DNA of 63,828 nt, counting the filler, from Octopus bimaculoides (taxonomy: Eukaryota): NCBI RefSeq assembly GCF_001194135.2. It is 5 parts of 5 records of this genome, joined end to end, with 100 filler letters (N's around TTAATTAATTAA, not from the genome) between each part and the next. Parts side by side here need not be neighbours in the genome. Positions count along the whole stretch, not along the records: positions 1 to 23,084 come from NC_068986.1; 4 more parts are not named here. One strand, given 5' to 3'. The notes under the pieces were generated by a model, which worked only from the letters and a program-made list of their open reading frames with translations, searched no databases and was not told the origin of the DNA. Shown one piece after another: positions 1 to 12,900 of this stretch. Both the position numbers and the translations under genes were made by a program. Within the stretch, counting starts at the first letter, position 1, and each line of letters begins with the position of its first letter.

Positions 1-596
1 ATATATATATATATATATACACACACACAGACACACACAAATGCCGATTATTGAGAGTAGGTGTACATGTGTGTGTGTGGAGGGCTGAATGTGTGGCTGG
101 GTATCTGTTTCTCCGTATGGATATGTCTACGTGTATATATGTGTATGTGTATGTTGTGCATGTGTATGTTGTGTATGTGTGTTTGTGTGTGTGTGTGTGT
201 GTGTACATGGGTGTATGCGTGTTCATTAGTGTGCAGTAAAGTGTAATAATGACGTGTGTCTTCTGCTGCCACAACATATTGTGATCCTCTGTTTGCAGAA
301 CAATCGACTAAGCAGAGCAAGAATGGAATAAAGAGTGAAATACCAAAGTTGTCTACACAAGAAACAATAGCGCTGTTACATTAGCTAATTAATTAAACCA
401 ACAGGATTTGTGATTGGTTCTTAGACACGAATCTAATATTTTGTTTGAAGCATTTGTTGGCTTTCAAGTGAAACGTTGTAGAGGTTTACAACAATATGAA
501 AACTAATGTTGTAGATGTATACACGCGCACACCAAAACACACATATGTAAACACACACTCACGCGCATATATCATATATATAAATAGAAATTAAAA

Positions 597-660
<64 letters not shown>

Positions 661-1174
661 NNNNNNNNNNNNNNNNNNNNNNNNNNNNNNNNNNNNNNNN
701 NNNNNNNNNNNNNNNNNNNNNNNNNNNNNNNNNNNNNNNNNNNNNNNNNNNNNNNNNNNNNNNNNNNNNNNNNNNNNNNNNNNNNNNNNNNNNNNNNNNN
801 NNNNNNNNNNNNNNNNNNNNNNNNNNNNNNNNNNNNNNNNNNNNNNNNNNNNNNNNNNNNNNNNNNNNNNNNNNNNNNNNNNNNNNNNNNNNNNNNNNNN
901 NNNNNNNNNNNNNNNNNNNNNNNNNNNNNNNNNNNNNNNNNNNNNNNNNNNNNNNNNNNNNNNNNNNNNNNNNNNNNNNNNNNNNNNNNNNNNNNNNNNN
1001 NNNNNNNNNNNNNNNNNNNNNNNNNNNNNNNNNNNNNNNNNNNNNNNNNNNNNNNNNNNNNNNNNNNNNNNNNNNNNNNNNNNNNNNNNNNNNNNNNNNN
1101 NNNNNNNNNNNNNNTATACAGATAGAGAGAGAGTGAGAGAAAGAGAGAAGCAAATAGATAGATAGATAGCTAAT

Positions 1175-1233
<59 letters not shown>

Positions 1234-1339
1234 CACCTGCTAATGGGCTTTCTGTTTAGAGTGGCTGACAAACTAATAATAACACCGTGGAACATTTCAA
1301 AAGTATATTTTAGTTCTCTTGCTTTTTACAATTAGTCCT

Positions 1340-2125
1340 ACCCAATTTGATGGTGTTGGGTGTCAGAAATGCCCCCAGAAATTTTCTATCACGTCACCAA
1401 AAATTTTCAATTTTGCCTTTAAATGCAATACTGAAATTAGAAACTAACACAAATCTAATAGTACTTTTGTATTATTTAACAAATATATTACACAAAATGT
1501 TTAATTACACATCTTAGAAAAGATATGTCTGTCAAACTGGAGTTTGAACTGCTCAAGGAACGTACTTTCTCTTTGTTGCTTTATGTGAATAAACTGAATC
1601 ATGACAGTTTGTTTGCAGTGATCAGCAGTAGGCAGCACCATGCTGGTGTTCCACCTACCTTGATACCTAGTCCCCATGTTCTCGATGTCTTGGTAGAATG
1701 TTTTTCCTTGCTCATCACTGTTGCCTTGGGATTTTCAAGGAAGTGGTTCAGATGACTCTGCAGGAAATGCATATTTACACTCATGTTGCAGCCCAGTGAT
1801 CGAAAACTGGTTAACAGGGTCTGCACTAGATCTTCACAATTTGAAGGCTTCCTGTTTCTCTGCAAATCAGATACAACCGCAACAAAAGCATTCTATGCTT
1901 CTTTTTCAATGCCAGATGTGGTCTCCAAGAATAGCTCGTCCTGCGATAATCACCAAATATGTGGCCCATCAAACACTCCAAGCTTATTTTTCTTACAGGA
2001 CAAAGCTGGAAACTTTCTGTTCAAGTATTTGAAGCAGACACCGTCACAGTGTTTCAACACATGTTTTGTATACTATATGGGATGCCCAAGCTTTGTCTTG
2101 TCACCCAGTTTCAGGCTAAAATAAG
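1340..2125 (-). mobile_element. Decayed, internally deleted DNA transposon; CMC/Chapaev3-like transposase remnant
   Basis: Frameshifted minus-strand peptides KLGD.DKAWASHIV..TCVE, KFPALS..K.GVFDGPHI, LGCNMSVNMHFLQSHLNHF..., SDEQG..FYQDI..M..RYQGRW. The superfamily assignment is from recall of this motif set. Confidence 0.7.
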
Positions 2126-2292
2126 TAAGGAAGTAAGGTAAGATATGATTTTGTTTCAATGCGTAATTCAGAAATAAGTAGAAGACATCGGGACTGTTTT
2201 TACTTTCTCTTCTCTTACAACTGTCCATATTTCTGAAATACAAAAAACGTTCAAGCCAGCTGTTAGATGGGGAAGCATTTTCAGAATAGTCA

Positions 2293-2434
2293 ATGCAGCC
2301 CCTATTTGTTCCACATACTTCTCGAGATTTTTGCTCACTGTTCCCAGGGCTCCGACAATTATTGGTACTACTGCTAACTTTTTCATCGACCACAACTGCT
2401 TAACTTCCCAAGCTAACCTGTCATATCTCTCAAC
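2293..2434 (-). mobile_element. R4/Dong-type RLE LINE 3' fragment
   Basis: RYDRLAWEVKQLWSMKKLAVVPIIVGALGTVSKNLEKY, the C-terminus of a restriction-like endonuclease; near-identical to 4625-4750. Confidence 0.8.
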
Positions 2435-2591
2435 TTTTCATTAAACAACTGAGAAGCAAATCCGTAGTATTGCGCAGAATATTTGCTGTAGCCCATCTTT
2501 CACACTAAGATGAAACAATGTACACGATAACACTTCCATTCAGTTAAGATCAAAAGCCTTGAGAGCCACTGTTGGTTCCGCATCATGGCAT

Positions 2592-2664
<73 letters not shown>

Positions 2665-2689
2665 CATCATATGTTTGACTTTTGCTTTG

Positions 2690-3806
2690 TATTTGTACAA
2701 GGTGACTCCAAGTCTCACACAGAGACCTCAAGAGACGACAAGTTAGAAGTTCAAGTTGGTATTATACTTAGGGTGTCATATATTTGTTTTGGGACATAGT
2801 ATTGTTGTAGAAAATGTTTAAGAAAACACAAATTATAAGTTTGTTTTAAAATTTGTGATTACATAGACAGCATTTTACGCAGGATACAAGCAGTTCACAT
2901 GATCAATGGTTTCCTTTTGTTGTTTACATATACATGTTGGGCTACTGTCGTTCTTTAATATGTTGTCCTGGTAGCTCCTTGTAGGTAGGTATTGATAAAC
3001 CCTTCTGTTTCTAATTTTAAGCCAGGAGATACATACCATTGATGAGTAACAGCTTTGCCAACATCGGTATTCATAGCTCTCTTTGGGTATTTGCCATTGG
3101 GCGGTTTTTCTTGCCATTTAGTAGTAAGAATGTCTAAAGCAGCAGTTTAAGCACGGATTTTCATACGCTTAGCTTTTTCCGTGCTTGCTTCCAGTTGTCT
3201 AATTCTGGGATTTGTTATATTTGGAATTCACTTAGATATTCTTTTACCTGTTTTGTTATTGAGTATGATGCTTTCTTGTTTTCATGCTTTGAGACAAGTT
3301 TTAACATCCTCTCATCATATGTTTTTCAGATAGGTGTTTAGGCCAATTGTAGCAATCTTTATTGATAATTCTAATTGCAAAAGTCCACAGCCACCCTCTT
3401 TTCTTGGCAGGTAAAGTCGTTCTATATCTGCCTTAGGGTGGTGCATTCTATGCCAAGAATTTTTGTATTCTTCTGTCAAGATTACATTATATTTCAGTAA
3501 TTGGCCAGTTAATGATATTGAAACTCTAATTCACGACCGGTATGGCTAAAGTATTGATCACTTCGATCCTGTTTCTTGCATTCACCTTTGTCTTGAGTAT
3601 TGCCCTTACCCTGCGATAATATTCTCTTCTCATCCTTTCCCTCATCATTGAATGTTTGATTCCATCACCTTCAAATACCCCTAGGTATCTGTAGCTCTCC
3701 ACTGGTTCTAACTCCTTTATGACATTCTGCTGGTCAAGATTAACGTTGGATGTATCTGTCATTCTTCTTTTGATAAAGGGAGCTTTTGTACATTTATCGA
3801 GACCAA
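2690..3806 (-). mobile_element. R4/Dong-type non-LTR retrotransposon fragment (RT thumb to CCHC knuckle)
   Basis: YRYLGVFEGDGIKHSMMRE.MRREYYRRVRAILKTKVNARNRIEVIN, and LPTRSYQDNILKND....CICKQQKETIDHV; bounded by (ATT)n tracts. Confidence 0.85.
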
Positions 3807-3821
3807 ATTATTATTATTATT

Positions 3822-4457
<636 letters not shown>

Positions 4458-4489
4458 TTATTATCTTTGCACAGCTTCTAACGCTGGAG

Positions 4490-4955
4490 ACGTACTACGG
4501 TGTTAGCTGTTCACTAGCAGTGAACTAAGATAACACCCCTTATTTTTCATGCACCATCCGGTGTATTCGAGCGGTTTCAAGTAGTGCTGTTTTATGCAAA
4601 CGTTCCACTCTTATTGCAGCCCCTACTTTTCCATGTACTTCTCAAGATTTTTATTCACGGTTCCCAGGGCTCCGATAATTATTGGTACTACTACCACCTT
4701 TTTCAGCGACCAGAACTGCTTAACCTCCCAAGCTAACCTGTCACATTTATCGACTTTTCTTTCTCCTTTCTCGCATACCTTGTTGTCATCTAGGTATGCT
4801 ATATCTATGATCCAGCATCGTTTGCTTTCTTTCTCAATTAAGTCCGGTTTCCTATTCTCAATCTCATGGTTGCACTGAATCATAAAATCCCACAGGATTT
4901 TTGCGTTATCATTTTCGATGATGCTTTCGGGTTTATGTTCATACCAATTTTTTGC
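4490..4955 (-). mobile_element. R4/Dong-type RLE LINE 3' fragment (PD-(D/E)xK endonuclease)
   Basis: IQCNHEIENRKPDLIEKESKRCWIIDIA...VVVPIIIGALGTV; flanked by trinucleotide microsatellites. Confidence 0.87.
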
Positions 4956-4976
4956 TCTGTATTATTATCATTATTA

Positions 4977-5084
<108 letters not shown>

Positions 5085-7111
5085 TTGTTCTCACTGTTAT
5101 TATTATTGCTTTGCGTTAGTGCTGGAGGCGTGTTGTAGCGTTCGCGATAGGAGAACGTGTTCTTCCAGAATCGATGTCAGAATGTCTTCTAAGGGGTAAG
5201 ATCCTATATTGGTAACAGCGTAAGGGATAAATATTGCATCATTTTTCAGTGTAAAATCATCCGATGTGTTATTCAATTAGGAACTTGTTTTGCAGCTTGG
5301 TCAAGTTGTTGCGTATTTGCAATTTCCTGTTGCCGCTTGTGATTGGAAGAAGGATAAGAATTAACCAATCAAACATGCCTTTTACACACTACATTGAAAC
5401 AAAGTCTTCTGTAATACCCGAACGACGAATAAAGAGCTTAGTAACAACGTACCCATATATAAATTACTAAGCAATAGCTTTAGGAATTTTACAACAAAAT
5501 GCGGCTTATCTTATGAATGAATTGAATAAGTTAGAAGTAATTGAAACCGAAGACCAAAATTGATGTAAAAATTAAACTTGAAAGCTTTCGGTTAGTACAT
5601 AAAATATATTGCTACCATGAGATATTTCATAGACTGTCATTCGAAAATATTGTATTTTATAAAGATGTGTTTACCTTCATTTTTGTTTTCTATCTCCTTT
5701 GTAACAGCCAAAGCAAATAATCAACGCTGTGAAATAAAAATAACTAATATACTTCTAGTGACTCTTTCACCACGGATCTTGATATATCTTCAATAATGTC
5801 ATATTCAAACATAGATACTTATATATTTGAAATCAATAACGTTAATAATTTTATTACTCTTGGAAGTGTTTCGTTTTAGTTGTGTGTAGTGGTCCAAGAA
5901 CTCAAGAATAATCAGCTCAAAACAAAACAAAAACCATTTTATTTTTCAGTCTTTTCTTTCCATTTTTCCTCTGATGTAGAAAACAATATTAATTTGAAAT
6001 GAAGCGTTGTCGGTATGCCTCTGTGTGTGTATATATATATATATATNNNNNNNNNNNNNNNNNNNNNNNNNNNNNNNNNNNNNNNNNNNNNNNNNNNNNN
6101 NNNNNNNNNNNNNNNNNNNNNNNNNNNNNNNNNNNNNNNNNNNNNNNNNNNNNNNNNNNNNNNNNNNNNNNNNNNNNNNNNNNNNNNNNNNNNNNNNNNN
6201 NNNNNNNNNNNNNNNNNNNNNNNNNNNNNNNNNNNNNNNNNNNNNNNNNNNNNNNNNNNNNNNNNNNNNNNNNNNNNNNNNNNNNNNNNNNNNNNNNNNN
6301 NNNNNNNNNNNNNNNNNNNNNNNNNNNNNNNNNNNNNNNNNNNNNNNNNNNNNNNNNNNNNNNNNNNNNNNNNNNNNNNNNNNNNNNNNNNNNNNNNNNN
6401 NNNNNNNNNNNNNNNNNNNNNNNNNNNNNNNNNNNNNNNNNNNNNNNNNNNNNNNNNNNNNNNNNNNNNNNNNNNNNNNNNNNNNNNNNNNNNNNNNNNN
6501 NNNNNNNNNNNNNNNNNNNNNNNNNNNNNNNNNNNNNNNNNNNNNNNNNNNNNNNNNNNNNNNNNNNNNNNNNNNNNNNNNNNNNNNNNNNNNNNNNNNN
6601 NNNNNNNNNNNNNNNNNNNNNNNNNNATATATAAAGCGGTTGTACACGAAGTACCTTCATTGCTAGAAATAGCAGCCGGTAAGCTATCGGTACCATGTAG
6701 GACTTTACTGAATGCTTACAGGCAGAGATGTTTGCGGGTGGTGAAAAATTCTGTCTTACCACTTCGGAGACCGTTAGAGAAATGAAGGATAACTCAATAC
6801 TGCAGTTTCAAATTTCCGGATCATGTGCGTGGACGCGAATACGATTGGTTATCTTCAGGTGAATCTGCCATTGGCGACCAAATTTTAAAATATCCTTTAC
6901 ATCTCTGCCTGTATGTATGTATGTATGTATGTATGTATGTATGTATGTATGNNNNNNNNNNAATTTCACGAGCAGGCTGTTCTGTTGACTGGATCAACTG
7001 GAACCCTCGACGTCGTAAACGACGGAGTGCCAACAATAATGTATGTATGTATGTACGTATGTATGTATACGCAAACACACATGTATACGTATGTATGTAT
7101 GTATGTATGTT

Positions 7112-7169
<58 letters not shown>

Positions 7170-7939
7170 GTTCTGAGTTCAACTTCCGCCGAGATCGACT
7201 TTGTCTCTCATCCTTTCGAAGTCAATAAAATAAGTACCAGTTGAGTATTGAGGGTCGATATAATCGACTTACTCTCCTTCCCTGAAATTGCTGGCCTTGT
7301 GCCAAAATTTGAAACCAATATTTCATAAATTCATTCTCCTTCTCCTTTTGCTTTCTTTGCAGTGCAGTAAATGTCTATTTAAACTACACATACATTAGAA
7401 AAAAGATTCTAATTTACAAACACATACAATAATTATCGATAGTTTAAATGTAACTTATTTCATTGTATTTTATTCTATTTTATACAGCCGCAGGCATGGC
7501 TATGTGGTAAGAAACTTGATTCCCAACCACATGATTTCGGGTTAGTATCACTGCGTGATATTTTGGTGCGTTTTCTCCTATTGCCGCAGGTTGTCGAAAG
7601 CTTTATGACAGGATTTGGTAGAGAGAAACTGAAAGAAGCTCCCTGTGTGTGTGTGTGTGTCTTTGAAGACTGGTTTAGGTTTGCTTACGTTCTCATAACT
7701 TAAGGGTTCGACAAAAAAAACCGATAGAATAAGTTACCTGACTTCAAAAAAAGAAAAGATAAATATCGGTGTCAGTTTGTTCGACTTAAACCTTTATGTA
7801 GAGCCTCAGCATGATCGCAGTCCAATGACTGAAACAAGTAAACGTTAGAAAATATTTCATAGCAATAAAGACTAAAGAATTCACGTAAGTCTATAAAATA
7901 TTTTCACCAACATGACAAAGCATTAGCCGGAACAAAGTA

Positions 7940-8836
7940 TTGGGTCATCCCATAAATAATGCGGTTTTTTTTATACTTCTTTTATTTTCAACATTAAGAT
8001 AACCAAAGTTCTTCTTTAATCTAAAATACACTCTCCTTCATTTCCTACAATGCTCTTCTATCTATCTGGCAAACTTGCAAGGCCCCTCCTCCAAAATTCA
8101 TTTATCCGTGACGGAAAATACTCCTCCACTACTGTTATGACCTCGTCTGCAGAATTCATATTTATTCTGTCCAAATGATTTTGAAGACTGCGGAATAAAT
8201 GATAATCCGATGGGTCAATATCCGGCGAATATGGTGAGTGTGGCATCGTTTCTCATCCAAATTGCCCTTGCAATGTCATCCTCGCTGTATGTCACCGAGC
8301 ATTATCCTGATGGAAGAACACCCTTCGTCTTCAAAGCAAAGATGATCGTTTTTCTTCTACCGCTGACTTAAGCCGCTCAAGCTGCTCGCCGTAGATCTCC
8401 TTTGTTATCGTTTGGTTTGGGTTTAAATGTTCAAAATGGACTAAACATTTCATATCCCACCAAACTAATAACACATAATGGGGGTGAAGACCTTCTTTAG
8501 TCTCGGAATTTCTGGAACCCACTGTTGACACTGGCTTACGCTTATTGTCCGATCCCCATGTACTGCATTAATATTCCTTACACTTTCCGTTGTGTTGTTG
8601 CCTTTATTGAACTCATAAAGCAATATATACCAAATATGCACCTTTGTCTCTTCCATTATAGCTTGGAAAAAATAATTGTTAAAATCGAACTGCACTGTTC
8701 AAAATTTGCATTAAGGATGAGGACAAGATAAAATTTTTACCTGCTTTTATAGCAAGTTAATGCAAGTAGTTTACGCCACTCCCCTCCGACTTTTAGTTCA
8801 TGCTATTAAAACCGCATTCTTTATGGGATAACCCAA
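7940..8836 (-). mobile_element. Mariner (DD34D) element, internally deleted, with both TIRs and TA target-site duplications
   Basis: PHSPYSPDIDPSDYHLFRSLQNHL; WWDMK..VHFE.L..NQTI; N-terminal HTH ILLYEF.KG.N...S.RNIN.V.G. TIR ttgggt[c/t]atcccataaa[t/g]aatgcggtttt at both ends with 2 mismatches; TA at 7938-7939 and 8837-8838. Confidence 0.92.
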
Positions 8837-9193
8837 TAAAATGTTTCAATGGATTAAAAAGGTAAATAGATATATAACGCTAGGGGAAATATATATCATG
8901 TTTAATTTTCGACTTATTGTTGTGTTGGAGAAGTCTTATACTGGTATAAAGGGGATGAAATGTTAACAGATAATTATATCAGCGATAACATATTTACATT
9001 TTTGTGTGATATTTACTTATTTTGTGAAATGAACTAAGACAATGAAACATTTAGATGGTTCATTAATTAATATTAATTACAGCCGTATGCTGGTGTAAAT
9101 ATAGATAATTAATGAACCAACTTAATTAGTTTGAATCAAGATAGACAAACGAGACAACTCCGAATTTTAAGTTAATACTTAATGGAGGTATAA

Positions 9194-9402
9194 GGCGGTG
9201 AGCTGGCAGAATCGTTAGCATGCCGGCAAAGTGCTTAGCGTCATTTCGTCCGTCTTTACGTTCTGAGTTCAAATTCTGCCGAGGTCGACTTTGTCTTTCA
9301 TCCTTTAAGATTCGATGAAATAAGTACCAGTTGAGCACTGCAGTCGATGCAATCAATTATCCCCTCCCATGAAATATCTGACCTTGTACCGGAATTTGAA
9401 AT
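9194..9402 (+). mobile_element. tRNA-derived SINE, family A (head GAGCTGGCAGAATCGTTAGC...GAGTTCAAATTC)
   Basis: A/B-box-like head, GTCGAT..AATCGAC core and CCTTGTGCCAAAATTTGAAA end. Other copies at about 7167-7317, 17426-17615, 20800-21004, 25731-25925, 30628-30790, 32855-33128, 33160-33340, 36232-36365, 48320-48535 and 50178-50360. Confidence 0.88.
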
Positions 9403-9884
9403 CAGTATGTAATGGTGGTATAGAGTAAGATCAGACCCGTCTCAGCAGCATTGTAGGCCTCCGGGTAAATCAGTGCAGTGCACTCTATAATATTTACTTA
9501 CTAACAGCAAGCCACAACATTCATAGAATCAGCCCCGTGCGGTCCCTGGACAAATCAATGCACTGCGCTCTAAAGTATTTACTTATTAGCAACAAGCTAT
9601 AATGTTTATAGATTAGAATTGGAACTCTGACGTTCCAGGAGCCCCTGAGGGCTCGGAGCAACTGCTTGGTGTACCCATGCCTTGGTAAAATCTCTTCTAA
9701 TGACAAATAAAATAGAAGGTAGAAAGCTGGGGTGGATTACTTATCGTCCCTTCTCGTTAAGAGTGTCGTTTTGATTAATTAAACATTGTTTGAGTCACTA
9801 CATTAAATACGTTAGTACACTCTATGATATTTACTAATATTCCAGTTCAGCAGTTTATGCTGCATGCCGAATATATGTGTGTGT

Positions 9885-9919
<35 letters not shown>

Positions 9920-12900
9920 NNNNNNNNNNNNNNNNNNNNNNNNNNNNNNNNNNNNNNNNNNNNNNNNNNNNNNNNNNNNNNNNNNNNNNNNNNNNNNNNN
10001 NNNNNNNNNNNNNNNNNNNNNNNNNNNNNNNNNNNNNNNNNNNNNNNNNNNNNNNNNNNNNNNNNNNNNNNNNNNNNNNNNNNNNNNNNNNNNNNNNNNN
10101 NNNNNNNNNNNNNNNNNNNNNNNNNNNNNNNNNNNNNNNNNNNNNNNNNNNNNNNNNNNNNNNNNNNNNNNNNNNNNNNNNNNNNNNNNNNNNNNNNNNN
10201 NNNNNNNNNNNNNNNNNNNNNNNNNNNNNNNNNNNNNNNNNNNNNNNNNNNNNNNNNNNNNNNNNNNNNNNNNNNNNNNNNNNNNNNNNNNNNNNNNNNN
10301 NNNNNNNNNNNNNNNNNNNNNNNNNNNNNNNNNNNNNNNNNNNNNNNNNNNNNNNNNNNNNNNNNNNNNNNNNNNNNNNNNNNNNNNNNNNNNNNNNNNN
10401 NNNNNNNNNNNNNNNNNNNNNNNNNNNNNNNNNNNNNNNNNNNNNNNNNNNNNNNNNNNNNNNNNNNGCATCATCTCTTGACCACGATGATCCCCGTCTC
10501 TTTCCACGTGGCATAACTGATCAGTGCTTATTTTTGTATGTAATGTTGTATTAAGAAAATTAAATCAAAACAACAAAGAGATTACAAATGTCAAATGAAT
10601 GAAACAGAATAAAATCTGAAATGATGAAACTATAAGTAATCTCCGCAAAAAAGGCATTTCTCTATGTCCGTGTATGTGTACATCAAAAAGTCGACGTCAC
10701 TTTTTTTTTTTTCTTTTTTTTCTTAGAGAGCTACGAAATGTAAACATTTGTGCCGGAAGTTGACTCATTTGATGTCAGAATAGGATTTACAGAAAAAATA
10801 AAGGCTGAGATCTAATGAAAACTTAATAAAATCTAATCAGCAGTAAGGAAAATTATGCTATATACAACTAAATTGAAAACCCTTTTACTTCTGGCCATAT
10901 CAGCAATTTTGAAAACTATCAACCGATAGAATAAGTACTGGAATCGAGTTGTTCGACTGAAACCCTTCAAGAATGTGCCCCAGCATGGCCGCATTCTAAT
11001 AATTGTAACAAGTAAAAGATGAAAGATGAAAATGAAATACGTATACGCTTGAGTCATATTGAGCGTCTCCTCCGCCTGCACGACATTTTTGTGGTTGCCT
11101 ATCTCTATACATTGGGTTCAAATTTCACCGAAGTTGACATGGCCTTTTTCCGTGTTTGCATGGTGAAATATCAAGAAGTGGCTTGCTTACTTCAATCGCA
11201 AAGCAACTGGCTATAATACCCAGCAAATTTCGAGTTACCTGTCTGCTTCATGTTAGAAATCCCAGACGCTACTCAAATAGTAATACAGAAAGTATCTTTT
11301 AACATATCATTGAAGATACCTCACCTCAGTCACCTGTCTTGTCATAGAAGGTAACGTACTTCATATACCAGGTATCAAGGAAGATAAACCATCTTATACT
11401 CCTCTAATAACATGTAGGTTACCTCAGCTCATACTCATTTTCTAACTGAGGTTTCCGTAACTCAGACAAGGCTTATCATTTCGGTCACCATACCTCATAC
11501 TCATCTTATTATGTTGGCTACCTCATATCTTGCTTTTTCTTTCAATATGATGCAAGCATTATCAGTTTGTTCCTTGTATATTTATTAATATCACCTTATT
11601 TTATTGCATACACAACTTTGAAACCAAACTACAATAATGATGTATGCACACATACGCTAAAAGCTTCTGTGTCTGAATGTCTCTAAGCTTGTGAATATAG
11701 ATGCGTGCATATATATATATATATATATATATANNNNNNNNNNNNNNNNNNNNNNNNNNNNNNNNNNNNNNNNNNNNNNNNNNNNNNNNNNNNNNNNNNN
11801 NNNNNNNNNNNNNNNNNNNNNNNNNNNNNNNNNNNNNNNNNNNNNNNNNNNNNNNNNNNNNNNNNNNNNNNNNNNNNNNNNNNNNNNNNNNNNNNNNNNN
11901 NNNNNNNNNNNNNNNNNNNNNNNNNNNNNNNNNNNNNNNNNNNNNNNNNNNNNNNNNNNNNNNNNNNNNNNNNNNNNNNNNNNNNNNNNNNNNNNNNNNN
12001 NNNNNNNNNNNNNNNNNNNNNNNNNNNNNNNNNNNNNNNNNNNNNNNNNNNNNNNNNNNNNNNNNNNNNNNNNNNNNNNNNNNNNNNNNNNNNNNNNNNN
12101 NNNNNNNNNNNNNNNNNNNNNNNNNNNNNNNNNNNNNNNNNNNNNNNNNNNNNNNNNNNNNNNNNNNNNNNNNNNNNNNNNNNNNNNNNNNNNNNNNNNN
12201 NNNNNNNNNNNNNNNNNNNNNNNNNNNNNNNNNNNNNNNNNNNNNNNNNNNNNNNNNNNNNNNNNNNNNNNNNNNNNNNNNNNNNNNNNNNNNNNNNNNN
12301 NNNNNNNNNNNNNNNNNNNNNNNNNNNNNNNNNNNNNNNNNNNNNNNNNNNNNNNNNNNNNNNNNNNNNNNNNNNNNNNNNNNNNNNNNNNNNNNNNNNN
12401 NNNNNNNNNNNNNNNNNNNNNNNNNNNNNNNNNNNNNNNNNNNNNNNNNNNNNNNNNNNNNNNNNNNNNNNNNNNNNNNNNNNNNNNNNNNNNNNNNNNN
12501 NNNNNNNNNNNNNNNNNNNNNNNNNNNNNNNNNNNNNNNNNNNNNNNNTGTATGAATAGATATACATATAAACATTTCCATATACATACATAAATATATA
12601 TGAGTGTGTCTAAGAGCAGCGTCTACACCCGCGCGCGTGTGTGTATGTGTGCGTGTGTGCGTCTGTATGATATGTACACACACACACCCAGACACACACA
12701 AACATACAAACACATATTTACACGCTCATACACACAACTACATCACTTGCACACAACTACGCCCCATATATACAAACACATACACACACGTATGTGAGTG
12801 TATATGTGCGTGTATGTACGTACGTATGTGTGTGTGTATGTATGTATGTATGTATGTATGTATGTATGTATGTATGTATGTATGTGCGCGTGTGTATGTA

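Noticed and set aside
9194-9290. tRNA-like A/B boxes (also in SINE B and C heads)
   Set aside because: There is no complete cloverleaf or anticodon arm, and each continues into a SINE body present in many diverged copies.
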